The notes beneath the pieces are model-generated. The model was not told the DNA's origin, searched no databases, and worked only from the letters and a program-made list of their open reading frames with translations. DNA of 63,590 nt, counting the filler, from Collodictyon triciliatum (lineage: Eukaryota): assembly GCA_043381765.1 (NCBI GenBank). It is 5 parts of 5 records of this genome, joined end to end, with 100 filler letters (N's around TTAATTAATTAA, not from the genome) between each part and the next. Parts side by side here need not be neighbours in the genome. Positions count along the whole stretch, not along the records: positions 60,658 to 63,590 come from JBHJMP010001263.1; 4 more parts are not named here. One strand, 5' to 3'. Position numbers and translations under genes: made by a program. Below, piece by piece: positions 63,447 to 63,590 of the stretch (position 1 is the first letter of the stretch; every line of letters starts with the position of its first letter).

Positions 63447-63590
63447 GTGAGTGTGAAGCAAGAAATGGCACAAAATCGGATGATTCAAAGAGATATTCAA
63501 TATGAACTCTATCATGAATCAATGTCGAGCCAAAATAACATACACTTTTTTTTTTTAAAAAAAAACAAAACAAAAAAAACAAAACAAAAA

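Noticed and set aside
1-63590. Alternative genetic code or non-canonical introns as an explanation for the fragmented ORFs
   Set aside because: Exons checked join in frame with GT-AG introns, TAA/TAG/TGA all terminate genes, and long single-exon ORFs have no internal stops
1-63590. tRNA, rRNA, snRNA or CRISPR arrays
   Set aside because: No cloverleaf T-loop context, known RNA signature or repeat-spacer array recognised by eye; a covariance-model search was not possible

Overview
Eukaryotic (protist-like) nuclear DNA in the standard genetic code. It is intron-dense, with GT-AG introns that often contain microsatellites. The window is a concatenation of at least five contigs joined by an artificial 100-nt N-TTAATTAATTAA-N linker (24189, 48427, 55298, 60558), plus internal N gaps, so gene order across linkers is not reliable. 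Recognisable host genes: coronin (3'-incomplete), Integrator subunit 8, HPS1, a VPS9-domain Rab GEF, an HMG-box protein, phosphatidylserine synthase, a HECT E3 ligase C-terminus, a PHO80/U-type cyclin and a kinesin N-terminus, plus several uncharacterised genes. The most unusual items are four. (1) An intact ORF with no coding introns that fuses a tyrosine recombinase to a C-terminal Myb/SANT domain and appears to have lost catalytic residues. (2) Two families of L1/Tx1-like non-LTR retrotransposon 3' ends, one nested inside the other, whose ORF2 ends in a PCNA-binding PIP box or PIP-degron-like motif. (3) Ultra-short (27 and 52 bp) retro-insertions with perfect 15-17 bp target-site duplications inside HPS1 introns. 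(4) An intronless ~1100-aa membrane protein built from two tandem copies of a ~6-TM module. Exon boundaries were read by eye, and family assignments rest on remembered motifs, not database searches.
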